Under the pieces are notes generated by a model. The model was not told the origin of the DNA, did no database searches, and was given only the letters and a program-made list of their open reading frames with translations. Shown piece after piece: positions 62,901 to 64,000 of a stretch of DNA of 64,000 bases; positions within the stretch are counted from its first letter, which is position 1, and each line of letters begins with the position of its first letter. The translations under genes were made by a program, and so were the position numbers. This DNA comes from Balanoglossus misakiensis. Lineage: Eukaryota > Animalia > Hemichordata. Where the stretch lies: positions 4,314,760-4,378,759 of the forward strand of contig CM082576.2 of the NCBI GenBank assembly GCA_040954595.2. Reading direction: 5' to 3'.

Positions 62901-63506
62901 TTCTGACAAACTAGACTCAGCAACCCAGCAGAGACTCAAAGCGCAGAACGAGAAAATAGTAAAGCAGAAACTCCGAGAGGAACGAGCGAGACAGGCGAGA
63001 ATACGAGCTAAGCGGCTTGACCAAGCTGAAACAGATGAACTCAATTATGAAGTGGAAAAAGATGACACATTCAATGCAGATAACGGTATGTTAATAAATT
63101 AATTTGTTTATCTGTGGCTTAGAGAATCATTGTACATTGTACCAAACTTATCAATATTTGAAATTCTAATAGACAGTTGATGTCTCTAGGTTAATTGTGC
63201 AATATTTTTATGTGAAATATCTTTTTTCTGAATTGGATAGATGTCGACTCGTGGTTAGAGGGTTACAATCCCAATGAAGAGAATAATCAGGGATCGGCTG
63301 TCTCGTCGACGTCAGAACGAATCTACGATGGCAGAAGTAGTCCCGTCAAACGATACAACCCACTCACCAGCGCAGAGGCGAGAAAACGACAACTTGTCGG
63401 CACGAACGACAGAGATGAACCGGACTCAGATTCGGGGAACCAGTGGGCGCGCAAGAGTTACGAACACGAAGAAACTCCCCGACAGGACGAATTCTTTGAT
63501 TCATGA
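50636..63506 (+). CDS. CCDC198: CCDC198/FAME-like N-acylated protein with stathmin-like coiled-coil repeats, 336 aa
   Basis: Exons 50636-50918, 59886-59971, 60682-60762, 61757-61861, 62896-63085, 63241-63506 (1011 nt, phases consistent). FDILLDENNAQSIIKKHPPKRLQVLQP resembles human CCDC198 FDIPLEHRETSIIKRHPPQRLQKLEP, and the end DEFFDS* resembles DEFFDQE* (both recalled, not searched). The MGCGSS start and LSEKLQLSEERRRE also resemble STMND1/stathmins. Confidence 0.75.
59886..59971 (+). CDS. CCDC198: CCDC198-like exon 2
   Basis: ttacag|TT CAA AAG...TTA CAG|gtaag; encodes VQKPVAFDILLDENNAQSIIKKHPPKRLQ. Confidence 0.88.
60682..60762 (+). CDS. CCDC198: CCDC198-like exon 3
   Basis: ttcag|GTA TTA...AGA GAG|gtaaa; encodes VLQPKETPLTADMLSEKLQLSEERRRE. 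Confidence 0.85.
61757..61861 (+). CDS. CCDC198: CCDC198-like exon 4
   Basis: ttacag|GAA TTA...TCA AAG|gtcag; encodes ELQKRAKSARRTSKRRKEIMAAREYEKEQQEQQSK. Confidence 0.83.
62896..63085 (+). CDS. CCDC198: CCDC198-like exon 5
   Basis: tcacag|CAA ATT...AAC G|gtatg; encodes QISDKLDSATQQRLKAQNEKIVKQKLREERARQARIRAKRLDQAETDELNYEVEKDDTFNADN. Not in the ORF track. Confidence 0.85.
63241..63506 (+). CDS. CCDC198: CCDC198-like last exon
   Basis: ggatag|AT GTC GAC TCG TGG; reads DVDSWLEG...ETPRQDEFFDS*, in a different frame from listed ORF 63274-63546. Confidence 0.83.
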
Positions 63507-64000
63507 TTTACCCCGTAAATATCACCGTAGAAATTATTTTTTTTAAAGATGGGGATGAATACCACAGGGGATTACACTGATGGCTTCTGCATGGGCTGGG
63601 TGATTAATCACGGCCCACAGAGCTGCCAAGAAGTAAATTGAATTAAATTCACCGATTTGGTCGATTCAATTAGTGGGAAAGAAAAAAGAGCATTTATTTT
63701 GAGAACATGACATTTAACTTTTCCGGCTTCATAGAGAAAACTGCCTCAAGGGCACTAATATATTTTCAAGAAGAAACATATACGTGCAAAAGGTGAACGA
63801 GATCCAAATATTGCGGACCATTTAAAGTGGAATGTTTAGAGTTGAGTATATCTCCAGTGCACTGTAAAAATGCAAATACTGACAGTAATGTGGAGAAATC
63901 AAAGATTGAATTAGCATTATGATCAGATCTGTAAGACAGTAGGAAAACAATGTTTTAGGATACCTCAAATACTATTATTTGGTACCTGTTCAAAGTATTA

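Noticed and set aside
63274-63546. 90-aa ORF MKRIIRD...
   Set aside because: It is an alternative frame over the last CCDC198-like exon; the splice phase and the DEFFDS end support the other frame.

Overview
AT-rich animal genomic DNA with GT-AG introns. It is probably from a marine invertebrate, possibly a deuterostome; this is inferred from composition and protein similarity and was not checked by a search. I reconstructed three spliced genes by hand, and all splice phases join in frame. (1) A 5'-truncated NPAS1/3 (trachealess-type) bHLH-PAS gene on +, 8 coding exons at 3429-22375; the bHLH exons lie upstream of the window. (2) A convergent EGLN1/PHD2-type HIF prolyl hydroxylase on -, with a MYND finger and intact HxD..H..R residues, 5 exons at 41152-30577. 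It probably also has an in-frame upstream coding exon at 47352-47250. (3) A divergent CCDC198/FAME-like gene on +, 6 exons at 50636-63506 (336 aa), with an MGCGSS acylation start, two stathmin-like repeats and a DEFFDS end. Main points of interest: the NPAS-EGLN tail-to-tail pair matches human NPAS3-EGLN3; extended HRE/CME words (CACGTACGC) recur around the hydroxylase; PHD may have two promoters giving two N-termini, plus a stop-start uORF; CTCF-like sites bracket PHD; and RFX X-boxes lie through the stathmin-like gene. I found no RNA genes, CRISPR arrays or intact transposons. Comparisons with human or fly proteins are from memory, not from alignments.
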